NCBI GenBank assembly: GCA_040954595.2
Contig: CM082577.2
Coordinates: forward strand, 15,569,903 to 15,633,902
DNA from: Balanoglossus misakiensis
Lineage: Eukaryota; Animalia; Hemichordata
DNA length: 64,000 nucleotides
Direction of reading: 5' to 3'
A program made the translations under genes and the position numbers. Positions 15,401 through 26,070 of the stretch are shown here, in pieces (position 1 is the first letter of the stretch; each line of letters opens with the position of its first letter). The notes under the pieces were generated by a model. It did not search any database, was not told the origin of the DNA, and saw only the letters and a program-made list of their open reading frames with translations.

Positions 15401-17669
15401 CGTCCTGCATCAATTATTAATTGTGTACATGCACTAAAGCGCCCTCACTGCTGGGTGTGTTGTATGGTCTTTAACCCTGTTTCAAATTAGAGTACTTTCT
15501 GCAATTTCAAGACAGATCTTACGTGCCATTGGAGAGCTCCATTGACTGGTCATTCATACTGTTTTCATTCATTCATTGCGGCATCAATATATTTTATCTA
15601 TTCTAGCCAAAGAGCTTGGCACCTGTTGAAATGAACTCATCTGCTGTGGGCCAGTTTATTGGTGGCAGTTGAGCTGAGGAGAGCACCTTCCTTCCCGGCA
15701 CGCCACCAAGTAAAGTTCCACGCCGCCCACCACAGATGCCAGCATTCATTCATGCGAGTGAGTGTAATTGCAAATTTGCCTATTCTAGAATTCTTACGTG
15801 CCATTGGAGAGCTCCATTGACTGGTCATTCATACTGTTTTCATTCATTCATTGCGGCATCAATATATTTTATCTATTCTAGCCAAATAAAGCGCCCTCAC
15901 TGCTGGGTGTGTTGTATGGTCTTTAACCCTGTTTCAAATTAGAGTACTTTCTGCAATTTCAAGACAGATCTTACGTGCCATTGGAGAGCTCCATTGACTG
16001 GTCATTCATACTGTTTTCATTCATTCATTGCGGCATCAATATATTTTATCTATTCTAGCCAAAGAGCTTGGCACCTGTTGAAATGAACTCATCTGCTGTG
16101 GGCCAGTTTATTGGTGGCAGTTGAGCTGAGGAGAGCACCTTCCTTCCCGGCACGCCACCAAGTAAAGTTCCACGCCGCCCACCACAGATGCCAGCATTCA
16201 TTCATGCGAGTGAGTGTAATTGCAAATTTGCCTATTCTAGATCTGTAATGGAAATGGAGAAAGTACCTTATATTTTCTGTAAAATAGACATTTAATTGGC
16301 AAGCCGTCCTGCATCAATTATTAATTGTGTACATGCACTAAAGCGCCCTCACTGCTGGGTGTGTTGTATGGTCTTTAACCCTGTTTCAAATTAGAGTACT
16401 TTCTGCAATTTCAAGACAGATCTTACGTGCCATTGGAGAGCTCCATTGACTGGTCATTCATACTGTTTTCATTCATTCATTGCGGCATCAATATATTTTA
16501 TCTATTCTAGCCAAAGAGCTTGGCACCTGTTGAAATGAACTCATCTGCTGTGGGCCAGTTTATTGGTGGCAGTTGAGCTGAGGAGAGCACCTTCCTTCCC
16601 GGCACGCCACCAAGTAAAGTTCCACGCCGCCCACCACAGATGCCAGCATTCATTCATGCGAGTGAGTGTAATTGCAAATTTGCCTATTCTAGATCTGTAA
16701 TGGAAATGGAGAAAGTACCTTATATTTTCTGTAAAATAGACATTTAATTGGCAAGCCGTCCTGCATCAATTATTAATTGTGTACATGCACTAAAGCGCCC
16801 TCACTGCTGGGTGTGTTGTATGGTCTTTAACCCTGTTTCAAATTAGAGTACTTTCTGCAATTTCAAGACAGATCTTACGTGCCATTGGAGAGCTCCATTG
16901 ACTGGTCATTCATACTGTTTTCATTCATTCATTGCGGCATCAATATATTTTATCTATTCTAGCCAAAGAGCTTGGCACCTGTTGAAATGAACTCATCTGC
17001 TGTGGGCCAGTTTATTGGTGGCAGTTGAGCTGAGGAGAGCACCTTCTTTCCCGGCACGCCACCAAGTAAAGTTCCACGCCGCCCACCACAGATGCCAGCA
17101 TTCATTCATGCGAGTGAGTGTAATTGCAAATTTGCCTATTTACGTGCCATTGGAGAGCTCCATTGACTGGTCATTCATACTGTTTTCATTCATTCATTGC
17201 GGCATCAATATATTTTATCTATTCTAGCCAAAGAGCTTGGCACCTGTTGAAATGAACTCATCTGCTGTGGGCCAGTTTATTGGTGGCAGTTGAGCTGAGG
17301 AGAGCACCTTCCTTCCCGGCACGCCACCAAGTAAAGTTCCACGCCGCCCACCACAGATGCCAGCATTCATTCATGCGAGTGAGTGTAATTGCAAATTTGC
17401 CTATTCTAGATCTGTAATGGAAATGGAGAAAGTACCTTATATTTTCTGTAAAATAGACATTTAATTGGCAAGCCGTCCTGCATCAATTATTAATTGTGTA
17501 CATGCACTAAAGCGCCCTCACTGCTGGGTGTGTTGTATGGTCTTTAACCCTGTTTCAAATTAGAGTACTTTCTGCAATTTCAAGACAGATCTTACGTGCC
17601 ATTGGAGAGCTCCATTGACTGGTCATTCATACTGTTTTCATTCATTCATTGCGGCATCAATATATTTTA

Positions 17670-18093
17670 CAGCCGAAATTATGAAAGGTCGCCGATTCAA
17701 TATGTGATCTAGACGTCCTGTGTGCACTGAACACACGATGTGTTTATCTAACACAAACAACAGAACCTCTCATAAAAGAGATGCGGTATCATTAGACTAA
17801 TTACAGATGGTAGTCTGGAAACACGCTCCCCCTCAGAGAGAGTTGTTTACTTGGGTACGATGTCAAAGTTTAATCTCAAAGTGTATACGCTTTATGTTGA
17901 GAGTGTACCCAAGTAAACAACTCTCTCTGAGGGGGAGCGTGTTTCCAGACTACCATCTGTAATTAGTCTAATGATACCGCATCTCTTTTATGAGAGGTTC
18001 TGTTGTTTGTGTTAGATAAACACATCGTGTGTTCAGTGCACACAGGACGTCTAGATCACATATTGAATCGGCGACCTTTCATAATTTCGGCTG
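17670..18093. mobile_element. 424-bp foldback MITE (Tc1/mariner-like): 189-bp TIRs, 46-bp spacer, TA target duplication
   Basis: 17670-17858 (cagccgaaatt...gggtac) is the reverse complement of 17905-18093; inserted in satellite tattttTAtctatt with TA on both sides (17668-9, 18094-5); CAG termini. Confidence 0.93.
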
Positions 18094-18207
18094 TATCTAT
18101 TCTAGCCAAAGAGCTTGGCACCTGTTGAAATGAACTCATCTGCTGTGGGCCAGTTTATTGGTGGCAGTTGAGCTGAGGAGAGCACCTTCCTTCCCGGCAC
18201 GCCACCA

Positions 18208-20014
18208 AGTACAGTTCCACGTGCATTCCTGGCCCTGGTTTTATTTATGTTTACAGACAATATTGCATTTTTGTACAAGTATTTTAATCAACTATAAATT
18301 TTGAATGTGTCATTTACCTGAACCGGTCATGTTGACCAGAATGATACATTTCTGCCTTCACTCACCCTATAAATATGTGATTGAGACATAGGTCATTTGC
18401 ATAAGCTAACATACCAGAAAGTAAGCATATCTGTTGTTTTCCCTGTGTCACTGCCATCAAAGTAAAAATTAGACGTTGTGTAGAGCAAACTCCAATTTTT
18501 TGTTCTCAATAAACATGGATGAATTACATAGAATGTGTTTGTTGTTTACAGTCTTTAAATGACACATTAGATTATGCACTTTACAAAACGTTTCTGAGAA
18601 ACAAGTGACTAACTAGTTTCTTTCCACTGTGGCCAACGTGGTTCACTGTTTGTGTCAGAATCTCTCTGTTTTGCAAGGATTTTGAAATCATAGTGGTGAC
18701 ATGCATAGTGAAAATCAGCTACTTTCAAATGTCCGTCATGTTCATGCTGTAATTGAATTTTCAAAGCTGGGCTGGCGTGTTTTTTCTTATTTACATAAGT
18801 ATCACACTTTATACATGTATCTTCATGGGGTTTTTTGAGTCCCGTATTTAGGTCCTCTCTCACAATTTTACGAAATATCGTATAACTGACAGTTGTTCTT
18901 CCCAGAAGAGATTGGTTGGTTATGAACTCTCGGTGTAACTGCGATATACTGTGGGCCGGCGCCAGGTACGGTTTAAATCGAGGATTCCTGCAGTAGTGAG
19001 ATTCTACAATTCTGTGCCTGCGTACGTGTTCAGTGATATCAGTCAGCAAATTTGGATTGAGTTTCCGACGATGCCCTTTGTGTCGGCCCCTTGCATCTGG
19101 CATCAGACCAGTAAAGTTCCATGTGCATTCCTGGCCCTGGTTTTATTTATGTTTACAGACAATATTGCATTTTTGTACAAGTATTTTAATCAACTATAAA
19201 TTTTGAATGTGTCATTTACCTGAACCGGTCATGTTGACCAGAATGATACATTTCTGCCTTCACTCACCCTATAAATATGTGATTGAGACATAGGTCATTT
19301 GCATAAGCTAACATACCAGAAAGTAAGCATATCTGATGTTTTCCCTGTGTCACTGCCATCAAAGTAAAAATTAGACGTTGTGTAGAGCAAACTCCAATTT
19401 TTTGTTCTCAATAAACATGGATGAATTACATAGAATGTGTTTGTTGTTTACAGTCTTTAAATGACACATTAGATTATGCACTTTACAAAACGTTTCTGAG
19501 AAACAAGTGACTAACTAGTTTCTTTCCACTGTGGCCAACGTGGTTCACTGTTTGTGTCAGAATCTCTCTGTTTTGCAAGGATTTTGAAATCATAGTGGTG
19601 ACATGCATAGTGAAAATCAGCTACTTTCAAATGTCCGTCATGTTCATGCTGTAATTGAATTTTCAAAGCTGGGCTGGCGTGTTTTTTCTTATTTACATAA
19701 GTATCACACTTTATACATGTATCTTCATGGGGTTTTCTGAGTCCCGTATTTAGGTCCTCTCTCACAATTTTACGAAATATCGTATAACTGACAGTTGTTC
19801 TTCCCAGAAGAGATTGGTTGGTTATGAACTCTCGGTGTAACTGCGATATACTGTGGTCCGGTGCCAGGTACGGTTTAAATCGAGGATTCCTGCAGTAGTG
19901 AGATTCTACAATTCTGTGCCTGCGTACGTGTTCAGTGATATCAGTCAGCAAATTTGGATTGAGTTTCCGACGATGCCCTTTGTGTCGGCCCCTTGCATCT
20001 GGCATCAGACCAGT
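18208..20014. repeat. 902-bp direct tandem duplication of the 3' half and downstream region of the transposase N-terminal gene
   Basis: 18208-19112 matches 19110-20014 with few SNPs; ORF stops at 18609 and 19511 are 902 bp apart; the junction uses (cc)agt microhomology. Confidence 0.95.
18609..19103 (-). pseudogene. 5'-truncated duplicate of the transposase N-terminal gene (164 aa)
   Basis: Identical to the last 164 aa of 19511..20473 except PAH/PDH and LKK/LRK; produced by the 902-bp duplication. Confidence 0.75.
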
Positions 20015-20467
20015 TGAACAGTGCATCATTTTGCTTAGAACGGTTCTAGTCCGCCTCTCACTAATGCCAAATAATTTCAGGAATGCATTTTTGCAGACAG
20101 TAACCGTTTCACCGCCTTCATTCACCAGGTGATAACGAACCGATTTCTTGTGTGACTTCATCTGTATATCCATCAGTTTGTAGAGCATCAAGTTCTGTTC
20201 ATTATACACGCGACCATCAAAATATTTTCTCGTGGTGCCTAAAACATGCGTACTCCCAAGCTTCCGCATACAATTCCCTTGAACGCAGGCGCATTCCAAG
20301 GAAAGACTGTCAATATCTGGAAAAGGGCGATTTTTCCTTGGTTTTTGTCTCGGACACGTCTTTTTAGAATTCCTACGTGGCTTGTTGGCTCGAGCTGACA
20401 GTTCGGTTCTGCGTTGCTGCCACACAGGAATGGGTTCCCACGCATAAGCAACTCCCCGGCAGGCCAT
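19511..20467 (-). CDS. Sola1-like transposase, N-terminal DNA-binding/Cys-His region only
   Basis: Motifs VCKNAFLKLFGIS, DARGRH, ESHYCR, YL..HSISQLHREF, KPHEDTCIKC, HLKVA match the N-terminal half of Sola1-type transposases; accATGg start at 20467; candidate AATAAA (- strand) near 19142. Confidence 0.75.
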   Translation of the reverse strand: MACRGVAYAWEPIPVWQQRRTELSARANKPRRNSKKTCPRQKPRKNRPFPDIDSLSLECACVQGNCMRKLGSTHVLGTTRKYFDGRVYNEQNLMLYKLMDIQMKSHKKSVRYHLVNEGGETVTVCKNAFLKLFGISERRTRTVLSKMMHCSTGLMPDARGRHKGHRRKLNPNLLTDITEHVRRHRIVESHYCRNPRFKPYLAPDHSISQLHREFITNQSLLGRTTVSYTIFRKIVREDLNTGLRKPHEDTCIKCDTYVNKKKHASPALKIQLQHEHDGHLKVADFHYACHHYDFKILAKQRDSDTNSEPRWPQWKETS

Positions 20468-20514
20468 GGTCACAGCTGAAGTATTTGTTCAAGTACTGAC
20501 TGACTAAACGCGGC

Positions 20515-21648
20515 ATGGAACAAACGAACGAACGACTTCACGTTCGGAAAAAAAATCGTTGCGAGCTGTTGGGTGCATGCCTCTATAGTTGTCGGCAACC
20601 GTTCTTTTTTATTGCTAAACAATGCTGTCAGAGCATGGAAGGTGTGGTGGAAAACGAACAGAGGTTTTGTACGACCAACGATTGGATGGTGCTACATATG
20701 GACTTCCACAAGTCATTGCCGGTTCCTAAACTCAGCTCTGAAGACTTTTACTTTAAATCGAAATTGCAAATGAAGCTCCTTGGAATTTACAACGGGACAA
20801 CGGAAAAGATGCATTGTTATGTATGGACAGAGCTCGATAGCAGAAAGTCTCCCGATGAAGTTATTACCTGTCTAAATCACTTTTTTTATAACTCGGGTGT
20901 GACCAGCAGACATGCAGTTATTTACAGCGACAACTGCCGTGCCGAATTCAAGTGTGGGAAGTTAATGTTTTACTATGACTATCTGTTACGAAAGGGCGTG
21001 TTTCGACGAATTGACTATAAAACTCTTGTGGCTGGACACACGTACTCCACCTGTGACCGAGTTTTTGCGTCCATTGAAAGGCATGCAAGTCGTTTCCAGA
21101 GTATAGAGACACCTCACGATTGGACATCTGTGATTCGAGGATCTTCTCTGAATGGGAACATTGGAGTTACGGAGATGACTCACAGAGACTTTTTCAATTA
21201 TTCTGATTTCCTGAAAAATGAGTACGTTGTGCGTTATGCAGATACAAACAATGTAACTTTTTACTACCAAGCCATGCACTATTTTAATTTTGGAGAAGGA
21301 GAAAGGCTTGATACCGACGGCAACCTCAGAACATTTAGTCATGCAGATAAAGTTTGGGTGAGAACATCTCTAGATCCAAGCGAGACCCCGATTGTAGTCG
21401 ACTTTAGAAAGAAGAAGCAGAACCGGCGTTTACAAGATTGTACGCTGAACAAACTTTATCAGGAACGTCGACCACTGGCGAGCAAAGTTTGGCGGGATCT
21501 TCAGAGTTTAGCCAAAAATTACCTGTCTCCGGAGGCAATAGAATTTTATAGGAATCTACCGCTTCAGGAGAGTAGTGGCACCTCTGCAGACCCGTACGCC
21601 TTTCATGATGATGACGACGACGATGATGATGATATGGGCGGTGGTTGA
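20515..21648 (+). CDS. Sola1-like DDD transposase catalytic domain (likely start ATG 20635)
   Basis: HMDFHKSLPVPKL..FYFKSKL..GIYN..CYVWTE..EVITCL..IYSDNC..LVAGHTYSTCDRVFASIER; the three expected Asp residues are present; AATAAA overlaps the stop codon. Confidence 0.8.
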   Translation: MEQTNERLHVRKKNRCELLGACLYSCRQPFFFIAKQCCQSMEGVVENEQRFCTTNDWMVLHMDFHKSLPVPKLSSEDFYFKSKLQMKLLGIYNGTTEKMHCYVWTELDSRKSPDEVITCLNHFFYNSGVTSRHAVIYSDNCRAEFKCGKLMFYYDYLLRKGVFRRIDYKTLVAGHTYSTCDRVFASIERHASRFQSIETPHDWTSVIRGSSLNGNIGVTEMTHRDFFNYSDFLKNEYVVRYADTNNVTFYYQAMHYFNFGEGERLDTDGNLRTFSHADKVWVRTSLDPSETPIVVDFRKKKQNRRLQDCTLNKLYQERRPLASKVWRDLQSLAKNYLSPEAIEFYRNLPLQESSGTSADPYAFHDDDDDDDDDMGGG

Positions 21649-21808
21649 ATAAACTGTCCTTTTCATGACGACAGTGATTTTGGATATTTGATGTGCGTGC
21701 ACAGTTTATATGTAATATTTTCACACGAACGAGTTTTGACTGAATTTGATTAAAGAATGTACTCGATAATTAACAAATGTGCTGAATCGTGGTTATTATG
21801 TTGTTAAT

Positions 21809-21850
21809 TTTTGTTTGTTTGTTTGTTTGTTTGTTTGTTTGTTTGTTTGT
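21809..21850. repeat. (TTTG)n microsatellite
   Basis: About 10 tttg units seen directly. Confidence 0.95.
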
Positions 21851-22147
21851 AAACAATTTCCGTTCATTCAACTGGCTACAAAGTTGGATTTTTGTACTGG
21901 GAAGCGATAAACTCGCACATCAAAACCGGGGAGACTCGATCATTTTTCCCTGCAGGTAGCCTGAAAAGCACCCGGGCAGAGATTACGTCATATATGGTCC
22001 ACTTTAATACGAAATTATGCAAATGTGACATTTCACGGAAACGGCGTATATAAAAGCGACCCTGGGCTATTGTTCGGAATGCGTCATCGACGAGAGAGTG
22101 ACTGATAATTCTTCTACCTCGAGTCAACCATTCTGTATATACTGAAC

Positions 22148-23485
22148 ATGGCTAGCTGGCGCAGGAAGAGACAAGGCAATGTGCGGTCTGTAATCAACGA
22201 ACGGCACCGCTCAGTTCAGTGTCCCTTTCTTCAAAAGTGGATCGGTGAGCAATTGGTATTTTCAGGTCGTTCAGAGGATGAAGTCCAGTCCAGTACTGTA
22301 TTTGAGAGCTACAAATGTTGGGTTGAAAACTATTCGTCGGCGGACAATCAAGTAATGATTATGGTTACTAAAGCTCGATTTTTCAAGGTGAGAATGATCG
22401 CATTTTTCTTTCCCCCCCCCCCCCTCCCTCCCTCCCTCCCCCAAGGGACTCGTTTTCTGTCTCTTTTAAACCTGTAACTTAACGAAAAGGAAGTTTTTCA
22501 CATATCTCTTCGTTGACACTATAGCAATTTGGAGCGCGGATGCTTCAAGAGAAGAGCGTTACCAAATCAAAGTCGGCCGGGGTTAATATTTATAGAGGTG
22601 TTCGTCTGAAAGCTGGTTCGCGAAGAATCTCAACGGGGAAACCTGAGCACAGTGTACTTCAGACCAGGGCAAGGGCATTTCTTGATGACGCCAGCGTGAC
22701 CGTTCCGATCGAGGTAAGAATGGTGTTTTGTTTGGACTAGGACAATAGAACGTTGCAATGAGTGTGTCAATGGGTGTCCAAGTGCAAACGTGGTCTGCTT
22801 CTGTCCACAAATGCCATTAATTTTTGGCAGGATTTATAAAATTGTCAATGAAGAATACAAAAATGAAAAACAACAGTTAATAGCAAACTGGTAGGATTGC
22901 AAGGGCTTGTAAAACGGTACACACTGTACCAGGAAGTTTGCAACACTAATGAAGAATGTATATGATATATTTAGGTGAGAACTGTTCGCGATCGCCGGGA
23001 CGCAGGACGGTGCGCGTTTTCGACGAGGGATATTCAAGCCTGGGACGTCGTCTGCGAATACCGGGGCACGGTTATTAGCGTTGAAGAAGCTAGTCGGCGT
23101 GATGAGCTTTACAGGGCAGAGGGGAAACGACCACGCATGTTCCATCTCTACATTGGAAAGAGACACGTTGTGTGAGTGTATCACTTAGTCGAATATATGG
23201 TCATATATTGCAAAGCATCTGTCGAAATAGAAAACGTAATATTGTCTATATTTTCCTCATTAACGCAGCATTGACGGATACGATGTCCCAGCCGGTGAAG
23301 AAAATTTAGCAGGCCTAATAAATCACAGTCAGCAGAACGCCAACTTGGTACCGGTTCGGATCGGAGAGCGCCTGGTTTTCTTTGCAACCAGGAATCTTTG
23401 TCAGGGAGTAGAGCTTTTGTATGATTACGGTGACGGGGGTGAAGAGGATTTCTTCAGTGGTTCTCAAACTTTTCCTGAAAATTAA
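22148..23485 (+). CDS. Spliced 4-exon gene: N-terminal D5/RFX-like winged helix + SET domain (SETD8/PR-Set7-like lysine methyltransferase); exons 22148-22387, 22525-22713, 22975-23171, 23269-23485
   Basis: All three GT-AG introns join in frame. The spliced product contains GRCAFSTRDIQAWDVVCEYRG, IDG, GLINHS and ELLYDYG (SET motifs). FLQKWI..VFESYKCW..KARFFKQFG..IYRGVRLK resembles a D5-type winged helix. Confidence 0.85.
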
Positions 23486-24387
23486 GGCATTAACACATCA
23501 ACGCTTCGGGGTGTCGTAACGGCGGCGCGGCGGGGGGGGGGGGACGTGAAAATGTTTGTATCAGGAACAAAATTCCCGTGCAAATCACCTTGATCCGGGT
23601 GGGTGGACTATTCGCGACAAATGTTGAAATCATACAAAGCATTTTACTTAATTAACCCATTTTTTTCATTTATTTGTTTACAGTTTACAACGTCATAGAG
23701 AAGTTGAACTAGAGACTGGATCAGCGTGGGTGACACCATAGTACACCAATGTTTTCTTCAGTTTGATTCAATTGTAATTTAAAACTGAGATTGCCTAACG
23801 CTTTCCCAGATTTTTTTAACCACTGAGAAACTGTGGGTTTTTTTCTGGGTTTTGGTGCGAGGTGATCTCAGTCAGTGGTGTTAATTTAATTAATCATTTT
23901 CTTTTCCTATTTACGTCGACTGAAATGTATTTTGATAGGTGATAGTCATACCATAAAAAAAATCTTACGGCGCGACTGCCAAAATGTACATTTATTTGTC
24001 CGTTCCAAGTTATTTTGTGTATGTGTGATGGGTGCCGGTGACTGTGCAGGGTTGATTTCCCTAGAGCGACTGTTATATTCGTTTTCCAACGATGATGAAT
24101 TTACATGTTATTTGCTTGGCATTTTGACGCAGAGACACTTCTGAAAACACAAACCTATTAATTATGCCACGGGTGTAAATTGATCACATTAAAAGAGGCT
24201 TTAGACGTTTGCCGCGAGCTCCTGGTGGGCAGAATCTTGTCAGCCCAAATTTGACTATAAGTACATAGCCAATGATGTGACGCTCTCCCACATCCTTCGC
24301 CGCGCCTTTTCGCTGATTTACAGCATCTTGCGTAAACACTGTCATTTGATCTTGCTTGGCAGAAGTCAACTTGCTCTATACTACATT

Positions 24388-24753
24388 ATGGCGGCCAAGC
24401 TCAACTGCATATCAGATAATGCCAAGGAGCGTTTGAGAGGCATCCTCGCCAGAAGGAGTCGCGTTTCCGGTGACTGTGTGCTCTGGACGGGTGCAGCTTG
24501 TCGAAACGGCTATGGCTCTATTACGTTCAGAGATGAGAACACTCTAACCGCCTATGTCCATCACATTGCACTCCTAATTAACGGAGTGCAATTGGTGGGC
24601 AGGCGGTTAGAGTGTTCTCATCTTTGCAACGAAAAGCTATGCATCCGCCCAGAGCACATTGTCCAGGAAACGCGACTCCTAAACATTTCACGAAAGACGT
24701 GCTTTAAATCCCCAAAAGGGGAGTGTCACCACGATCCCAGGTGCCTAAGGTGA
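24388..24753 (+). CDS. His-Me finger (His-Cys box, I-PpoI-like zinc-binding loop) endonuclease
   Basis: CVLWTGA..GYG..YVHH..ECSHLCNEKLCIRPEHIVQE..N..R..C..C.H.P.C; TATA-like and CCAAT motifs at ~24256-24273. Confidence 0.85.
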   Translation: MAAKLNCISDNAKERLRGILARRSRVSGDCVLWTGAACRNGYGSITFRDENTLTAYVHHIALLINGVQLVGRRLECSHLCNEKLCIRPEHIVQETRLLNISRKTCFKSPKGECHHDPRCLR

Positions 24754-25019
24754 GTAATCCTCTTCTCATTTGATATGTATTGTGTGACCCTGCAGTTGAA
24801 ACGCTTTCATCAATAATTTGCGGCGCGTGGGTAATCTCGGTGTTATTGACAATGCAGCCGGCCCAAACATTTTTAAATTAACACTGTTTCTGACTGTATT
24901 AACGAAATGTCCAATTTGCAAGTAGCCTATAGACAACCCTTTTGAATGAGTTTTGTCTCGTTGAGATTTTATACATAAGGAACAATCTAGATTTATTTTA
25001 GAAGACACTGTTCTTTTAA

Positions 25020-25421
25020 AACAGCTAGCATAATACAGCTAAATTTCGGAATTTCCGGACAATTTTCGGAATTCCTTTTAAATTTGAGAAATTTTTCATC
25101 AGATATAAGTGTTACTATTTATTGGACATGTTTTTATCATTGTTTACTTTTTAAGGTCATTCTCATCCCCCCCCCCCCAAAAAAAAAGCCGCTTTAGGCT
25201 TCATGTTCAGTAAAAAATCTGGAAAGTTCAGCTGAATTTTACACTGATCACACATTTTTGGGAAGGTCTGGCGCAAAATAAAGGATGACAAATGTAAATC
25301 TAATGTCACATTTGTAAACCTCTAAGTATTGTACACTCATTCTATTAAGTATATGCAAATAGTACGGATAATTTTTTCGGAATGTGGAATTCCGAAATTA
25401 GTTCGGAACGTGTTAGCAGTG
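25020..25421. repeat. Possible decayed MITE with imperfect terminal inverted repeats
   Basis: Left cagctagca..ctaaatttcggaatt vs right reverse complement ctgctaaca..ctaatttcggaatt; no TSD confirmed. Confidence 0.3.
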
Positions 25422-25731
25422 AAGAGATCACCACTGAGGGTTGGAAGGCCTTGCCAGAAATTAACGCGTAAAGTACGCCCTCACAGGCCATGTAAACAAG
25501 GTCAAATAAGGCCGTCTGGCAAACGAATGATTAATTCAACGCGCCATTTGAGCCGAGCTGAGTTGGTCTGAGTTGCGTATCACACAGACTTAGGCTGAAT
25601 GTCAGTGGAGTAACCAGTCCGTTTTAGATTTACCAATGATGTGAATTTAATTTCTTCACCCAGAAAAACAGAACACAACTTGTCTGCAACATGATGCTGG
25701 AGGTGACACATGACAGAGAAGTGGATCCGCG

Positions 25732-26070
25732 TTGTCAACACAGATGCCAGCATTCAAAAGGGGAGTGCCACCTGCTAAAATCAACTCATCTGCTGTTGGC
25801 CCATTTTACCTGTGGCAACTGTTCAGAGGAGACAACGTTTATTCCGTGCAAGCCAACATGCAATGTTGGGGTCTACCTGTCAACACAGATGCAAGCATTC
25901 ATGTGAGTGAGTATCAGGACTGACCTTGTATTTGCTGAATAATTCATAATGCCTATTTTAGAATTCTTAGAGGCATTTGGAGTTCATTGCCTGGTCAACC
26001 AAACTACACCCCTTAACAGCTGAAACAAAATGCGTATTGTGTTCATTCATTCATTGCATCAATATATATA
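25732..26070 (+). repeat. Single diverged homolog of the satellite unit inside the gene cassette
   Basis: Colinear blocks cacctg..aactcatctgctgt..gtggca..gaggaga..cacagatgc.agcattcat..gagtgagt..gcctatt.tagaattctta..ctggtca..ttcattcattcattgc.atcaatatat. Confidence 0.85.

Larger units (their letters stand above)
1..18220. repeat. Tandem satellite array, left arm: ~274-bp unit (variants 265/274/275 bp) mixed with 452-bp units carrying an internal MITE-like module; includes a 7,243-bp higher-order duplication
   Basis: Near-identical units throughout; repeat ORF starts are spaced 274, 265 or 452 bp apart; the variant pattern recurs at +7243 (3224/10467, 3973/11216, 6512/13755, 9772/17015). The array runs off the left edge of the window. 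Confidence 0.98.

Noticed and set aside
22831-22890. Extra exon in SET gene intron 2
   Set aside because: The in-frame reading begins GAT TTA TAA (stop); skipping it gives a continuous SET domain.
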